Shown here: positions 29,562 to 42,158 of the stretch, in pieces | Position numbering within the stretch: the stretch's first letter is position 1 | Layout of the letters: each line of letters opens with the position of its first letter | Origin: the human T2T-CHM13v2.0 reference genome, Homo sapiens | NCBI RefSeq assembly: GCF_009914755.1 | Contig: NC_060932.1 | DNA: 64,000 bases | Strand: one strand, 5' to 3' | The notes under the pieces: model-generated | What the model was told of the DNA's origin: nothing | The model's input: the letters and a program-made list of their open reading frames with translations, nothing else | Database searches by the model: none | Made by a program: the position numbers and the translations under genes

Positions 29562-30406
29562 CAGTCATGCACCATACAAAAACCTTTATGTCAACAAGAG
29601 TTTGCATATACAATGGTGGTCCCAGAAGATGATAATGGAGCTGAAAGCTTCCTATCCCTTAGTGATGTCTTGCTGATCCTGACCCTGTGTAGGCCTAGGA
29701 TAATGTGTTTGTGTCTTAGTTTTTAACAAAATAGTTTAGAAAATAAAAAAAGTAAAATGTTCTTATCAAAAAAGCTTGTATAATAAGGATATAGAAAGAA
29801 GGGATAAATAAAGAAAATAATCTTGGACAATTGTACAATATGCTTATGTTTTAAACTAAGTGTTATTATAAGAGTCAAAAAGTTAAAAAAATAAAAAGTT
29901 TATAAAGTAACATAGTTACAGTAATCTAATGTTAATTTAATATTGAAGAAAAAAGTTTTAAATAAATGTACTGTAGCCTAAGTATACATTGCTTTTGAAG
30001 TCTACAGTAATGTCTAGTAACATCCTAGGCCTTCACATTCACTCACTCACTCACTCACCCAGAACAACTTCCAGTCCTGCAAGCTCAATTCATGGTAAAT
30101 GTCCTTTAAGTTGTATCATTTTTATCTCTTATGTAGTGCTTTTACCGTACCTTTTCTATGTTAGGTGTATTTCGATACACAACTGCTTCCCATATGCTGC
30201 AATTGCCTACAGTATACAGTACAGTAATATGCTGTCCAGTACAGTAATAGCCTAGGACCAATAGGCTATACCATATAGCCTAGGTGTATAGTAGGTTCTA
30301 TCATCTAGGTTTGTGTAAGTGCATTCTATGATGTTCCCAGGGTAATGAAATCACCTAAAGATGCATTTCTCAGAATGTATCCCTATCATTAAGTGATACA
30401 TGACTG
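29562..30406 (+). mobile_element. Tigger3/MER7-family DNA transposon (internally deleted)
   Basis: TA|cagtcatg ... catgactg|TA terminal inverted repeats; typical ctataccatatagcctaggtgt and gcatttctcagaa text. Confidence 0.9.
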
Positions 30407-30549
30407 TACATAGTTTTTTTTTCAGTTTGCAAATAATTCTTTCATTTATATCCATTAATTTTCCATTGCTGTCCATTAAAACATTTTTTTTCTGATTCAG
30501 CAGTATTTTATTAGGAAGGTATACAAAGTGATGTTCTGTGGGACGATTT

Positions 30550-30730
30550 AGACTGCTCCCTGTTTTTGTAAACAAAGCTTTGTTGGAACACAGCTGTGCC
30601 CTTCCTTTGTATATCACTCATGGCTGCTCTTCTGCATGGCAGATGTGAGCAGTTGAGGCAGAAACCATAGTGCCACAAAGCTTAAAATATTTACCTTCTG
30701 TCCCTTTGCAAAAAAAGTTTGTCAGTCTCT
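30550..30730 (+). mobile_element. MER58A-like hAT-Charlie MITE
   Basis: tgtttttgtaaacaaagctttgttggaacacagc...aaagcttaaaatatttac...ccctttgcaaaaaaagtttg. Confidence 0.8.
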
Positions 30731-31119
30731 AATTTGGAGCAAAAAAGGTCAAAACCACAACCTGAATGTAAAAATCCTCAGAAATTCCCATTCTTAGTTT
30801 GAAATACTCTGGTTGAACCTAGGTACTCCAGAAGTTTTCCAAATCCTTAAACAGTTTTCCAAATAAAAAATCCTTTAAATTTACATTTTTAAAGCATGTC
30901 ATAGTAATGGATTTGGCATGGAGCCCTGGGATTCAAATTAAGTTTGTTCCTAACTTAAAATAGCACTTTTTTTTGCTGACTTATTGAGGTTATCCAGGAA
31001 CTCATCTTTAGCACATCACTTTTCTTATGTTCCTGCTAATCCATATATTATTCCTTTGTAACAGGTACAACCAGTTAGCACTTTCAATGCCCAGTAATAC
31101 CTTCCTTAACTCAAATTAA

Positions 31120-31259
31120 CTCATTTATGCCAGAGTTAGCAATTTTTTGAATTTTTGCATGAGTGAAAAATCAGACCTTGGTGATGACCTTGAGCAGGAG
31201 GATATAAATAACTCCCACATGCTTAGCGTTCCAATAATGGAACACTAGGCATAAGTGGG
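31120..31259 (-). mobile_element. MER85 piggyBac MITE, full 140 bp
   Basis: TTAA|ctcatttatgcc ... ggcataagtggg TIRs; internal palindrome gttccaataatggaac at 31228-31243. Confidence 0.92.
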
Positions 31260-32651
31260 CTTTAATTAATCACAATACCAAAAAATCATTTTTCAGAACT
31301 GAAGAAGATAATGATATATTCAATAAATTTTCTAGTTAAGAGAGTGATTTTACAGATTAAATTTTTAGAGAAAACATTACTATGCCACTCTAATATGGTT
31401 TCACAGCTTTAGTTTATTTGAAGCACCATGACTTTCTTCATGAATTACCAAATTGTGTCATGGCAGATGTGAGACACAACTATGAAGGAAGGACTGAAAA
31501 ATACAGAAATCCAAAGCAAGATATAATTGCCGCATGAAACACCTCATAAGCATACCAACTCACTAGAAATCTAAATGCAAAGAAGATTGAAATTAAAGTT
31601 ACATTATTTTGTATCTCCTGGAGATCCTGTTTCAAGATACTGTGTATACCCATCCCTTTTGAGATGCACTAAGTCAAAGTCATGTCACTGCATGATTGAC
31701 AGGTGGCAGTCCCGGAATACAAGGACCACATGGGCAGTGATGTCTTTACTTGTGGTCCATACAGAAATTGAGAAACCTTGTGCGACTCATTAGAAGTTTG
31801 AATAACCACAAGTTTAGTTCTTTCTGACAACTCAGCAAGACATGACATCAGCAAGATTTAAATAAGCATGGAGGGGGAATTTAACATGAAATGTAGCTTT
31901 CTCCCTTAAATTGCAAAGTATTTTCTAGCTGTTTTAATACTTAAAAATTATTCCTGACAGAATATAATTTGCCACTCTAAATCATTTGCATATGATCTGA
32001 AGAGCAGAGAATAAAATAAGCTTTAAGTATGTATCAAAGTGTATTCTTAGCTTTATGGCAGTCCTAAATGGAATACAAGGAAAGAGCACTGTAGTTATAG
32101 CTAACATAAATAGGCAACAATGACCGGAAAGCATGGCACAGTGCTGCATGTGTGAATAGATCATTCTGACAGTCCAAAGTGCTGCCTGGGCTTTAAATAT
32201 TTTATACCTTCCTTATTTGTTGATGTTTCCAGTCAAACATGGATATAAATTAGAATGCAGCAGGCTGGCTGGAGCTATGGCTTGGGAAATCAGGCATGCA
32301 TTTAATGGACTATGGGTAAAGTAAGTTTAGTTTCTAAAGTTGGCTTTTACTCACATATTTTTCAAATGTCTCCTTTTTATAAAACTCTAATACCTTTATT
32401 GTTTTGTCCAAAATGAATCTATCCCTATTACGAAAACTCAAGCATGAGAGAAAAATATAAAATATATAAATATTGACCAAATATGACCTCTTTGGTTACC
32501 CACTCTTCTATTCCAATAAGAAAAAAACAATCAACAACTTAGAATATAATGTTACAGCGTTTTTATATACATATATCAATGTTAATATAAACATAAATAT
32601 ACATTACATATAAATGTATGTGTATACATTTATATATAAATGTATATATGA

Positions 32652-33092
32652 AGTTGATCCTTGAAGAACTCAGAAGTTAAGGGTGCTGAGGCCCTATATA
32701 GTCCAAGATCCCCAGATAACATCTGAATCTCCCAGAACTTAACTACTAATAGCCTACTGTTGACAAGCTGTACCAATTACATAAACAGTCCATGAAAACA
32801 TCTATGTTATATGTATTATATATTATATGTTTATAACAAAGTAAGCTAGAGAAGATAAAATCTTAGAAAATTATAAAGAAGTGAACATATATTTACTATT
32901 CATTACATGAAAATGAATAATAATAAAAGTTTTCATCTTCATTCTTTATCCTCATCATCATCATGTTGAGTAGACAGAAGAGGAGAAAGAGAAGGGATTG
33001 GTCTTACTGTCTCAGCAGTGGCAGAGGGAGAAGAAAAAAGTCCATACATAAGTGGATCTGCACATTTCAAACTCAGGTTGTTCAAGTCAATT
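32652..33092 (+). mobile_element. Tigger2a/MER28-like DNA transposon
   Basis: agttgatccttgaa ... ttgttcaagtcaatt degenerate TIRs; aacttaactactaatagcctactgttgac. Confidence 0.8.
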
Positions 33093-33139
33093 TTCTATTT
33101 ATACATGAAGCAACTGCATTATAGATTCTACTTTGGAAA

Positions 33140-34440
33140 TTGCTTTTAAAATTTAATTTATTACATAGCTTTCTATGTTATAGCCAAAAGATCTGTTTTA
33201 GACTTATACCAAAGTTGCAGAATGGTACAGAAATTCCATATACACCCTTCACCCAGTTTCCTTTGATATTATCAACTTACATAAACATGGTCCAATTGTC
33301 AGAATGGAAATTAACATTGGAAAAAAAAAAGAAAAAAAAAAACAATTAATTAAACTACAGGCATTACTCAAATTCAATCAGTTTTTCCCCTAATGTTCCT
33401 TTTTTCTATTCCTGGATCAAATTCAGGACCCTAGAATGCAATAAATTGTTGTCTCTTTATTCTCCTCCCATCTGTTACAGTTCTTCATTCTCGCCTTTTC
33501 TTTCATGATTTTGACACTTTTTATGAGTACTGGTCAGTTATTTTTCAGAATGCCTTTCAATTTAAGTTTGTCTAATGTTTTCTTATAATTATACTGGGGT
33601 TATGTATTCGGCAAGAATACCACGGAAGTGATGCTTGCTCTTCCCAGTGAATCATGTCAGGTGTTGCATGATGTCCATATGTCTTATTAATAGGGATGTT
33701 AACCTCAGTCTCTAAGATAAGAAGATGTCTGCTAGGTTTCTCCACTCTAAAGTTACTATTTTTTTTTGTAATTAATGTCATGGGGAAATATTTTAATATA
33801 ATACTAATATCTTGTTTCTTTATAAATTTGTCCCCATGGATTTTAGCATCCATATGTGAATCTTGCCTCTAACAATTATTACTGTGGTATTTTCCTAATT
33901 TTAAATTTTCCTCATTTTTGTATTTTACAATTCTGTATTTCCCTCATTTCTTCTACACTTTGCAATCGGAATTCTTTTGTAAAGAAGAAATATCTATTCT
34001 CAATTTTATTATTTATTCATTTCCTGTGAATATCTATTGACTCACCGAAATTTATTTGATTCTATGAGTTATAACACAATACAATCATACTTATTTTATT
34101 GGTTACATTGTTACAGCTTTGGCCAACGGTAGCTCCCTCCAGTTGGCTTCCGTGTATGTTTGACCATTGCCTTTGCTTCTTCAAGTGCCTCCTTATTTGC
34201 TGGCATTACAAGATGTTCTAGGCTTGCCTTGCATATTCCCACTCCAGCCCTAGAACTGACTTGACTAGATCTCCAAGGAGCTCAGGCTCCTTTTATTGGA
34301 CAATTGTACTTAGAAACCAAGATCTGGACCATAATATAACTGATTTATCATTCCAACAAAGGTGGAATTGCTCCTAGTGCTTTTCAGTGGACAGAGCCAG
34401 GAAATATATTCTACCTGCATGCGCATATGCTTGTGGACAC
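33140..34440 (-). mobile_element. L1MC-type 3' region
   Basis: ccatatacacccttcacccagtttcc...gtactggtcagttatttt...gtctgctaggtttctccact. Confidence 0.8.
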
Positions 34441-34464
34441 ACATATGCGCAAACACCCACACAT

Positions 34465-34562
34465 GCTACATACAGATGCGTCTCGACTTACCATGCAGTT
34501 ACTTCCTTATAAGCTACATACAGATGCGTCTCGACTTACCATGCGGTTACTTCCTTATAAGC
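34465..34562. repeat. Tandem duplication, 2 x 48 bp
   Basis: 34465-34512 and 34513-34560, one mismatch (gcAg/gcGg). Confidence 0.97.
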
Positions 34563-34617
34563 CCATCATGAAGTTGAAAAATTATTAAGTCAAACCATCA
34601 TAAGTTGGAACCAACTG
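34521..34617 (+). mobile_element. MER47/Tigger5-family MITE (97 bp)
   Basis: TA|cagatgcgtctcgacttac ... taagttggaaccaactg|TA. Confidence 0.8.
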
Positions 34618-34629
34618 TATACGTATATG

Positions 34630-34915
34630 TGAGAGGGAGTCTCCCTCTGTTGCCCAGGCTGGAGTACAGTGGCACAATCTCGGCTCACTGCAACTTTCGC
34701 CTCCCAGGTTCAAGTGATTCTCTTGTCTCAGCCTCCCGTGTAAGCTAGGATGACAGGTGCAGGCCTCCACGCCCGGCTAATTTTTTTGTATTTTAGTAGA
34801 GGTGGGGGTTTCACCGTGTTGCCCAGGCTGGTCTCGAACCCCTGAGCTCGTGCAATCCCCCTGCCTCGGCCTCCCAAAGTGTTGGGATTACAGGCATGAG
34901 CCACTGCATCCGGCC
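34630..34915 (-). mobile_element. AluS lacking a poly(A) tail
   Basis: Full dimer antisense; tgagagggagtctc is preceded by tatacgtatatg instead of poly-T. Confidence 0.93.
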
Positions 34916-35509
34916 CCCTTTTCACTTCTAATAATCAATTGTCATTTTTTCCTTTCTCACCTACCCGCTTAAGCAATCAATCTCTTTAGTTTCTGTTTTA
35001 TCCTTCCAGTAATATGTTTTTGGGTAAGTGAGCAGATACATGAGTATTTTTTAAACTGTGTGAGAACACTCAAAATGAGATCTATTCTCTTAACAAAATT
35101 TTAACTACACAATACTGTCTTAAATATAGACACAATGTACAAATACAGTAGTACAAATACTGTTTTGTATTCCCACCAGCAGTGAGAGTTCCTGTTGCCC
35201 TACAACCCCTCGCCCCCACCCCAGTAATTTGCATTGTCTTTCATTATTATTTTTATCAATTCTATTAGGTGTGTAGTGATATTTCATTGTAGTTTTGTGT
35301 TACCCTAATGACAAATGATGTTGAGCATCTATTCATTTGCTTATCCATATGTTGTTAAGTGTTTATTCAGACTGTTGACACATTTCTAATTTGTTTAGCA
35401 ATTACTGAATTTTTAAGAGTTTTTCATATATTCTGGGCACAGGTTCTTTTTTATAGACATGTTTTTTGCAAGTGTTTTCTTCTAATCTGTAGCTTGGTTT
35501 TGATTTTGT

Positions 35510-35800
35510 TTTTGTCTCTTTCTGAGACAGTCTCACTTTGTCATCCATGCTGGAGTGCAGTGGAGGGTTCATGGTTCACTACAGCCCCAACCTCCTGGGC
35601 TCAAGTGATCCCCCCATCTCTGCTTCCCGAGTAGCTGGGGCTACAGGCATGTGCCATCATGCCCGGATAATTTTTGTATTTTTTTGTAGAAATGGGGTTT
35701 TACCATGCTGCCCCAGCTGGTCTTGAACTCCTGGGCTCAAGTGATATGCCTGCCTGGGCCTCCCAAAATGCTGGGATTACAGGAGCCTCTGCACCCAGCT
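35510..35800 (-). mobile_element. AluJ
   Basis: ctcctgggctcaagtgat in both arms. Confidence 0.92.
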
Positions 35801-36148
35801 AACTTGTTTTTTTTATCTCTTAACAATGTCTTTCAAAAAGCAAAAATCTTGTTTAAGTGCAATTTAGTAATATTTTCTTTTGTGGGTAGAGCTTTTATCA
35901 TATTGAAAAACTCATTGTCAAACTCAAAGTTACGCAATTTTTCTTATGCTTTTTTTCCTCCAAGTTTACAGTTTTATGTTTGGCATTTAGGTCTACGATC
36001 CATTTTGGGTGAATTTTTGTATAAGATGTAAGGTATGTATCAAGGTCTATATTTTTGCATGTGGATATCTAATGGTTCTAGCACCGTTTGTTTGAAAGAC
36101 CATTATTTCTTCATTGAATTGTCTTTGCCTCTGTTAATAAGCTGAAAA

Positions 36149-36152
<4 letters not shown>

Positions 36153-36180
<28 letters not shown>
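36153..36180. repeat. (TG)14 microsatellite
   Basis: Uninterrupted run. Confidence 0.97.
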
Positions 36181-36185
<5 letters not shown>

Positions 36186-37963
36186 TTGGACCCACCACCA
36201 TTCTTTTCCATTCATCTATGTACTTATTTTGCTAATATTACACTGTCTTGATTACTGTAGATTTATGGTCAATTTTGAAATTGGATAATTTAACTCCTCT
36301 AAGTTTATTCATCTTTCTCAGAATGATTTCAGCTCTTCTAACTTCTTTGCCTTTCTGTATAAATCTTAGAACCACATTCTCTCCAAATATTTTGCTGGGA
36401 TTTTGATCAAAAAAGTTTACAGGTCAGATTGTGGAAAACTGACATCTTCATAATATGGAGCCTTCTAATCCATAAACACAAAATCTCTCTTCATTTGTTT
36501 AGATCATCTTTGAATTCTTCCTTCAATGTTTTATACTTTTGAGCACACAGATCCTACACACATTTTGTTATATTTATACACAAATGCTTCATTATATTTT
36601 GGTGAAAGTTTAAGATGTGTTGTTTTTTCTTGTTGGTATGTAGGAACATAATTGACTTTTGTATTTTAACTCTGTATCCTGTGACCTTGCTACTCACGTG
36701 TTAGTTCTAGGAGTTTAACTTGGTTTGTTTGTCTGTGTGTAGATTCTTTATGGTTTCCAAGAGAGATAATCATGTAATTTGCAAATAAAGAAGGTTTTAT
36801 TGCTTCCTTTCCAATTTGTGTGCTCATTTCTTTTATTTTCCCTTTCTTTAATTTTACTTTTATTTGACTTATTTCATTGGCTATGTGCCTTATTATATTG
36901 GCTAGGACTTCCAGTATTATTTTGAATAGGTGTGGTGACAGAGATCATCTTTGCCTTGTTCCTGATCTTAAGGAGATAGCATTCACCATTAAGCGTAAAA
37001 TCTATTTACATTTAATGTGATTATTGATATGGTTTGACTGACTGCAACCATTTTTCTATTTGTTTTCTATATATCCCATGTCTCTTTTGTTTCTCTGTTC
37101 CTCCTCTCTTTTGTGTTATTTTCTCGCATATCATTTTAATTCCTTTGTTGGTTTCTTTAAACTACATTTTTTAGTTACTTCATGTTTCCTCAAGAGATCT
37201 TAATTCATTATAATCTAATTCAGATTAATAATAACTTAATTCCATGATAATATGAAAATTTGCTTCTATATAGCTCCATTTCCTCCCTCTACCTTTGTGG
37301 TATTATTGACATATATGTTTTAAGTGCATCACAGCAATGTTTATGAATATTGTTTTATGTAATTTTTAAAAAATCAGTTTGGAAACACACACACACATAT
37401 AGAGAGAGAGAGATAGATAATATACTTAGGTAATTACCTTTATCTGTGAAATGTAATTCTTTGTGTGGACTCAAGTTACCCTCTTGTATTTCCTTTGACT
37501 TGAAGGTCTTTCTTTAGCATTTCTTATAAGACAGATCTGTTAGCAATGCACTCTTTGTTTACCTGGAAATAACTTTATTTCTATTCATCATCAAAGGATA
37601 GTTTTATTGAATACAATAATCTTGATTGACAGTTTTTTCCTGTCAGCTCTTTTAATAGGTCATTCTCTTCAATATGTCATTCTATTTTCCTCATTGTTTC
37701 TCAAGAGAAGTCACCTATTAATCTTATTATGATTCTCTTGTACATATTCAGTTGCCTTGTTCTTGTGCTTTCCGAATTGTTTCTTAATCTTTAGATTTGA
37801 AATGTTTGACTCTGACTATTATTCTACTTGGAGTCTCTTGAGCTTTTTACAAGTGTAGATTAATGCTTTTCTTCACATTTAGGAAGTGTTTTAGCTTTTA
37901 AAAAAACTATTTGTTTTATTTCTCTGTCTGTCTTTCCTTCCTTCTTTCTCCTTTCTTCTCTTT

Positions 37964-38271
37964 TTTTTTTTTTGCTTTTTTTTTTTTTTTGAGACGGAGT
38001 CTCGCTGTGTCGCCCAGGCTGGAGTGCAGTGGCGTGATCTTGGCTCACTGAAAGCTCTGCCTCCCGGGTTCACGCCATTCTCCTGCCTCAGCCTCCTGAG
38101 TAGCTGGGACTGCAGGTGCCCGCCGCCACACCCAGCTAATTTTTTGTATTTTTAGTAGAGACGGGGCTTCACCGTGTTAACCAGGATGGTCTCGATCTCC
38201 TGACCTCGTGATCCGCCCGCCTCGGCCTCCCAAAGTGTTGGGATAACAGGCGTGAGCCACCGCGCCCGGCC
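37964..38271 (-). mobile_element. AluY
   Basis: gggttcacgccattctcc, ggatggtctcgatctcctgacctcgtgatc; TSD tcctttcttctcttt at 37949-37963 and 38272-38286. Confidence 0.96.
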
Positions 38272-40557
38272 TCCTTTCTTCTCTTTCTAAGATTCCCACT
38301 GTGTATTTATCAATATGTTAATTGTTCCAACAGATCTCTAAAGCTCTGCTTATTTTCTTAAATTTTCTTTCTGTTCTTCAGACTCGACAGTCTCTATTCA
38401 TCTAGCTTCAAGTTCAGTGTGTTTTTGTTGTTGTTTTTTGATGGTTCATATCTGCTGTTGAGCTCCTCTAGTGTCTTTTTCATTTAAATGATTGTACTGA
38501 ATTTCCATTGGATTCATATATGTGTTCATATATGTACACATATGTAATAGTAATTATACTTTCTATGTTTACACTAATGTTCTCTATTTAATAAGTAATT
38601 GTCATTATACTTACTTTTAATTGTTAAAAATACACTTTGCTTTAGTTCTATATATTTATAATGGATGCTTTGAACTCTTTGTGTACTAAGTCCAACATCT
38701 GAGATCCCTCACAGATAGTTTCTGCTTGCTGCTTTTTTCCCCATGTCAATGAGGCGTGCTTTCCTGTTTCTTCTCTTCTGTTGAAAATAAGACATGACAT
38801 TTTGGATAACAGATTCTGATTCCCCAAATGAGATTATTTTGTTGTTACTTAATTTTTTTCTTTATTTTTACCCTTGCCTGGACTAATTCTGTCTCCTATT
38901 TAATATGCAGCCACTCATGTCTCTGCTAAGTTATTTCTTTTCTTGTTTTTTTTTGTTTGTTTTTTGTTTTTTTTGTAAACCTAGAAGCTTAGATATTACT
39001 CTTGGTTAGTATAGCTGAGGAATTAGTTAATAATTGATTAGAGTTTGCGCTTAAGCACTTTGAACCAGTGAGAATCGAACCCTTTGCCTCTTGTTCTGTG
39101 AGTGCATTGGAGGTCATGCAGGCAACATCTCTGAGGTGTCTTTAAAGTAGTTATATTAATGTGTTTGCCTGTTAAAATTCATGCTTGGTTCAGTTTTGAT
39201 TCTATGCTATATAACCTTTTTTGGTCATAGTTTTCTGATATTTACATTTTGTTTTGTTTCTCATATAATGTTATGTTTTATTGTATGTTGAATCTTATAT
39301 ATAAAATAATTTTGGAACAGAGAAAGCCCCTTCTTCTGCCAGACCTGATCTAAGTTCTTATTGAACTAGATCTGGTATGGGTTGCAGCTTGTGTTTGAGT
39401 TTACCCCTGGCTTCAAATCCTTTGGGGGTGAGATCTGGACTCCTAATTTCAGAAGGACTTAGTATTTAAGAATTATGAGAATCTCTAGAACTTTTTATGC
39501 TTTACAGGCAGATTTTGAGGTTACTGGTGAATTCTCCAGCCACCATCTGTCCAGCATTATGCAACTCAGGAGTTCTTACCTTGCCTTCTGGTTTGGCTCC
39601 AATATTTAGTATGCTTCCATGTATTTAAAGTCTGTCTGTGAAAGACTTGGCGAACAGATGATGATGTACTTTTTTTCTGGGACTTTTTGGAATCGAATCT
39701 ATCTTGCCCCCCAATATGTGTCCATTAAAAGTTTCTCCTTAAATTATAAACATTCCTTGTCTATGGAAAATTATATCCTTTGTCCACAGAGGATATAACT
39801 GCAGGCATAAAATTAACTAGCAGTTTCTTCTCTTCTAGGTAGTGCTGATTTCTCTCTGGAGTTTGGTTCATTTAAAATTATTTGCATCTTTAGACTTCTA
39901 ATAATTTTTTTTAAACTGACATTTAAAATTATCCATTAAAATTGTTACAGTAAGAATTATGACTTCTTGTGACCTTTTAAATACTTACCAGATGCATAAG
40001 TTTTATCCCAGTTTTCTTCTCGCTTCATGGGAAAAAGAAAGGAAAGAGATCATATGCCATTTAGAGGAGAATTGGGGGGCAGCAAAGGAGAAAGTTTATA
40101 TATACAGGCACACCTTGTCTTATATCACTTTACTTTATTGTACTTCATGGACACTGCATTTTTTACAAATTGAAGATTTGCTGCAACCCTGAATGAAGCA
40201 AGTCCACTGGCACCTTTTTTCTAATGTCTATGTTACATGTTGATAATTCTCTTAAAATTTCACACTTTTCCATTATCATTGTATCTCTTATGGTGATCTG
40301 TGATCAGTGATCTTTGATGTTACTACTGTCATTGTTTTGAAGCATCAGTAGCCATGCAGATATAAGACAGCGAACTTACTTCATACATGTTGTTTGTGTT
40401 CTGACTGCTCCACCAACCAGCTATTATTCCCCTGTCCCTCTCCCTTTCCTCAATCCTCCCATTCACTAATATGTAGCAAATAAAAACTAGGTCAATTAAT
40501 AATGTTATCATGGCCTGTAAGTATTCAAGTGAAAGGAGGAGTTGGACTTCTCTCACT

Positions 40558-40813
<256 letters not shown>

Positions 40814-41142
40814 GAAGCAAGAAATGATTAAGCTTAGTGAGGAAGGCATGTTGAAAGCCAACACAGGCTGAAAGGTAGGCTTTTTGTGCCAGTTAGTCAA
40901 GTTGTGAATTCAAAGGAAAGTTTTTGAAGGAAATTAAATGTGATAATCCAGTAAGCACATGAATGATAAGAAAGAAAAACAACCTGTTGCTGATATGAAG
41001 AAAGTTTTAGTGGTCTGGATAGATCAAACCAATCATAGCATTCCCTTAAGCCAAAGCCTAATTCAGAGTAGTCCCTAAATCTCTTCAATTCCAGAAGAGA
41101 TTCATCATGCTAGTGCTAGATTCCATTAAAAACATTTATGAT

Positions 41143-42158
41143 CGATTTTTTTTTGCTCCCACGCTGTTGATTGCTAAATGTAATAGGGCGATCATGATGC
41201 TGAATAAATGTCTTTTTTAAAAATGTGCTGTGTAAAGTTAGTCTACTCTGAAGCTGTCTTGGTAAATTTCCCCAACAGTGTGAAGTTAGAATTCCTTCAG
41301 GGTGATGCCAGGTTCTATTTGGAATTTAAATATAACCTGCTTGGGTGGAGAAGCCATTGTCTTCAGAAACCTTGGTGTAGTTGAACTGATAGTTACTGTT
41401 GTGACCTGAAGTTCACCATTAAAAGAGATTACCCAAGCAAAATCATGGAATTATTGGTTATAAAAATGATTGTTGGCACATCCTACGCAATATATCTAAA
41501 TTGAATAATGGTACCAGATAAAATTATAGATGGGAAAGAAATTTGTGTACCATTTATTATCATGTGTAATCAGTAAACGATTTAATTCTCTTGAATGAAA
41601 TGACAACTGAATGGATTTGGGACTGGCAGAGATTTGGACTTTCCCTAACCACTACCCCGATAATGTTGAATGCTTCTGTCACAATTCAGTTTCAAAGCTC
41701 TGCCAGGGAATAGAAACTGGCTGCTGGCTAATGCTGCTCCATAAATCCACAGATTTGAAGTGTTTGAGAGGCCTTTAAAAATCACCAATATCAGAAAGCA
41801 TTTTAATGAACACAAAGATAGGCTTACATTAAAGAAAAACTGCAGTTTGGCTGGGCTCTGGTAGGGTGGGCCTTCAGAGGTTTTATAGGTTAACTATGCT
41901 AATTAATTTGGAGATTAAAACCATAGCAATAGAAACTAAATTTTTCTGCATAATTTCATGTTAACTGCAGTTTTCCTTTTTGGCGCAAGATCATACAGAC
42001 TTCCTAAAATGTTAATTGTATAGAAAATGATTTCTGTACCTTTAACAGTCAATATTCAATAATGTGTTATTTATACATAGATTCTTTAGAGTCTTACCTT
42101 TGGTGTTCTCTCAATTTCCATGCTATTGTACCTAGTAGCATAGAGATTTGTTTATTAA
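41143..42158 (+). pseudogene. HNRNPA1: 5'-truncated processed retrocopy of the HNRNPA1 3' UTR (no CDS)
   Basis: Matches my recollection of the HNRNPA1 3' UTR: gctgttgattgctaaatgtaa, ccaacagtgtgaagttagaattccttcagggtgatgccaggttctatttgg, aatggtaccagataaaattatagatggg, aaacgatttaattctcttgaa. Degenerate TSD at 41128-41142 and 42159-42173. Confidence 0.88.

Larger units (their letters stand above)
35050..39330 (-). mobile_element. Old L1M fragments (ORF2 to ORF1), interrupted by two Alus and microsatellites
   Basis: Antisense L1 motifs: ttcccaccagcagtgagagttcc, cactgtcttgattactgtag, ggctaggacttccagta, atctagcttcaagttca. Confidence 0.8.
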
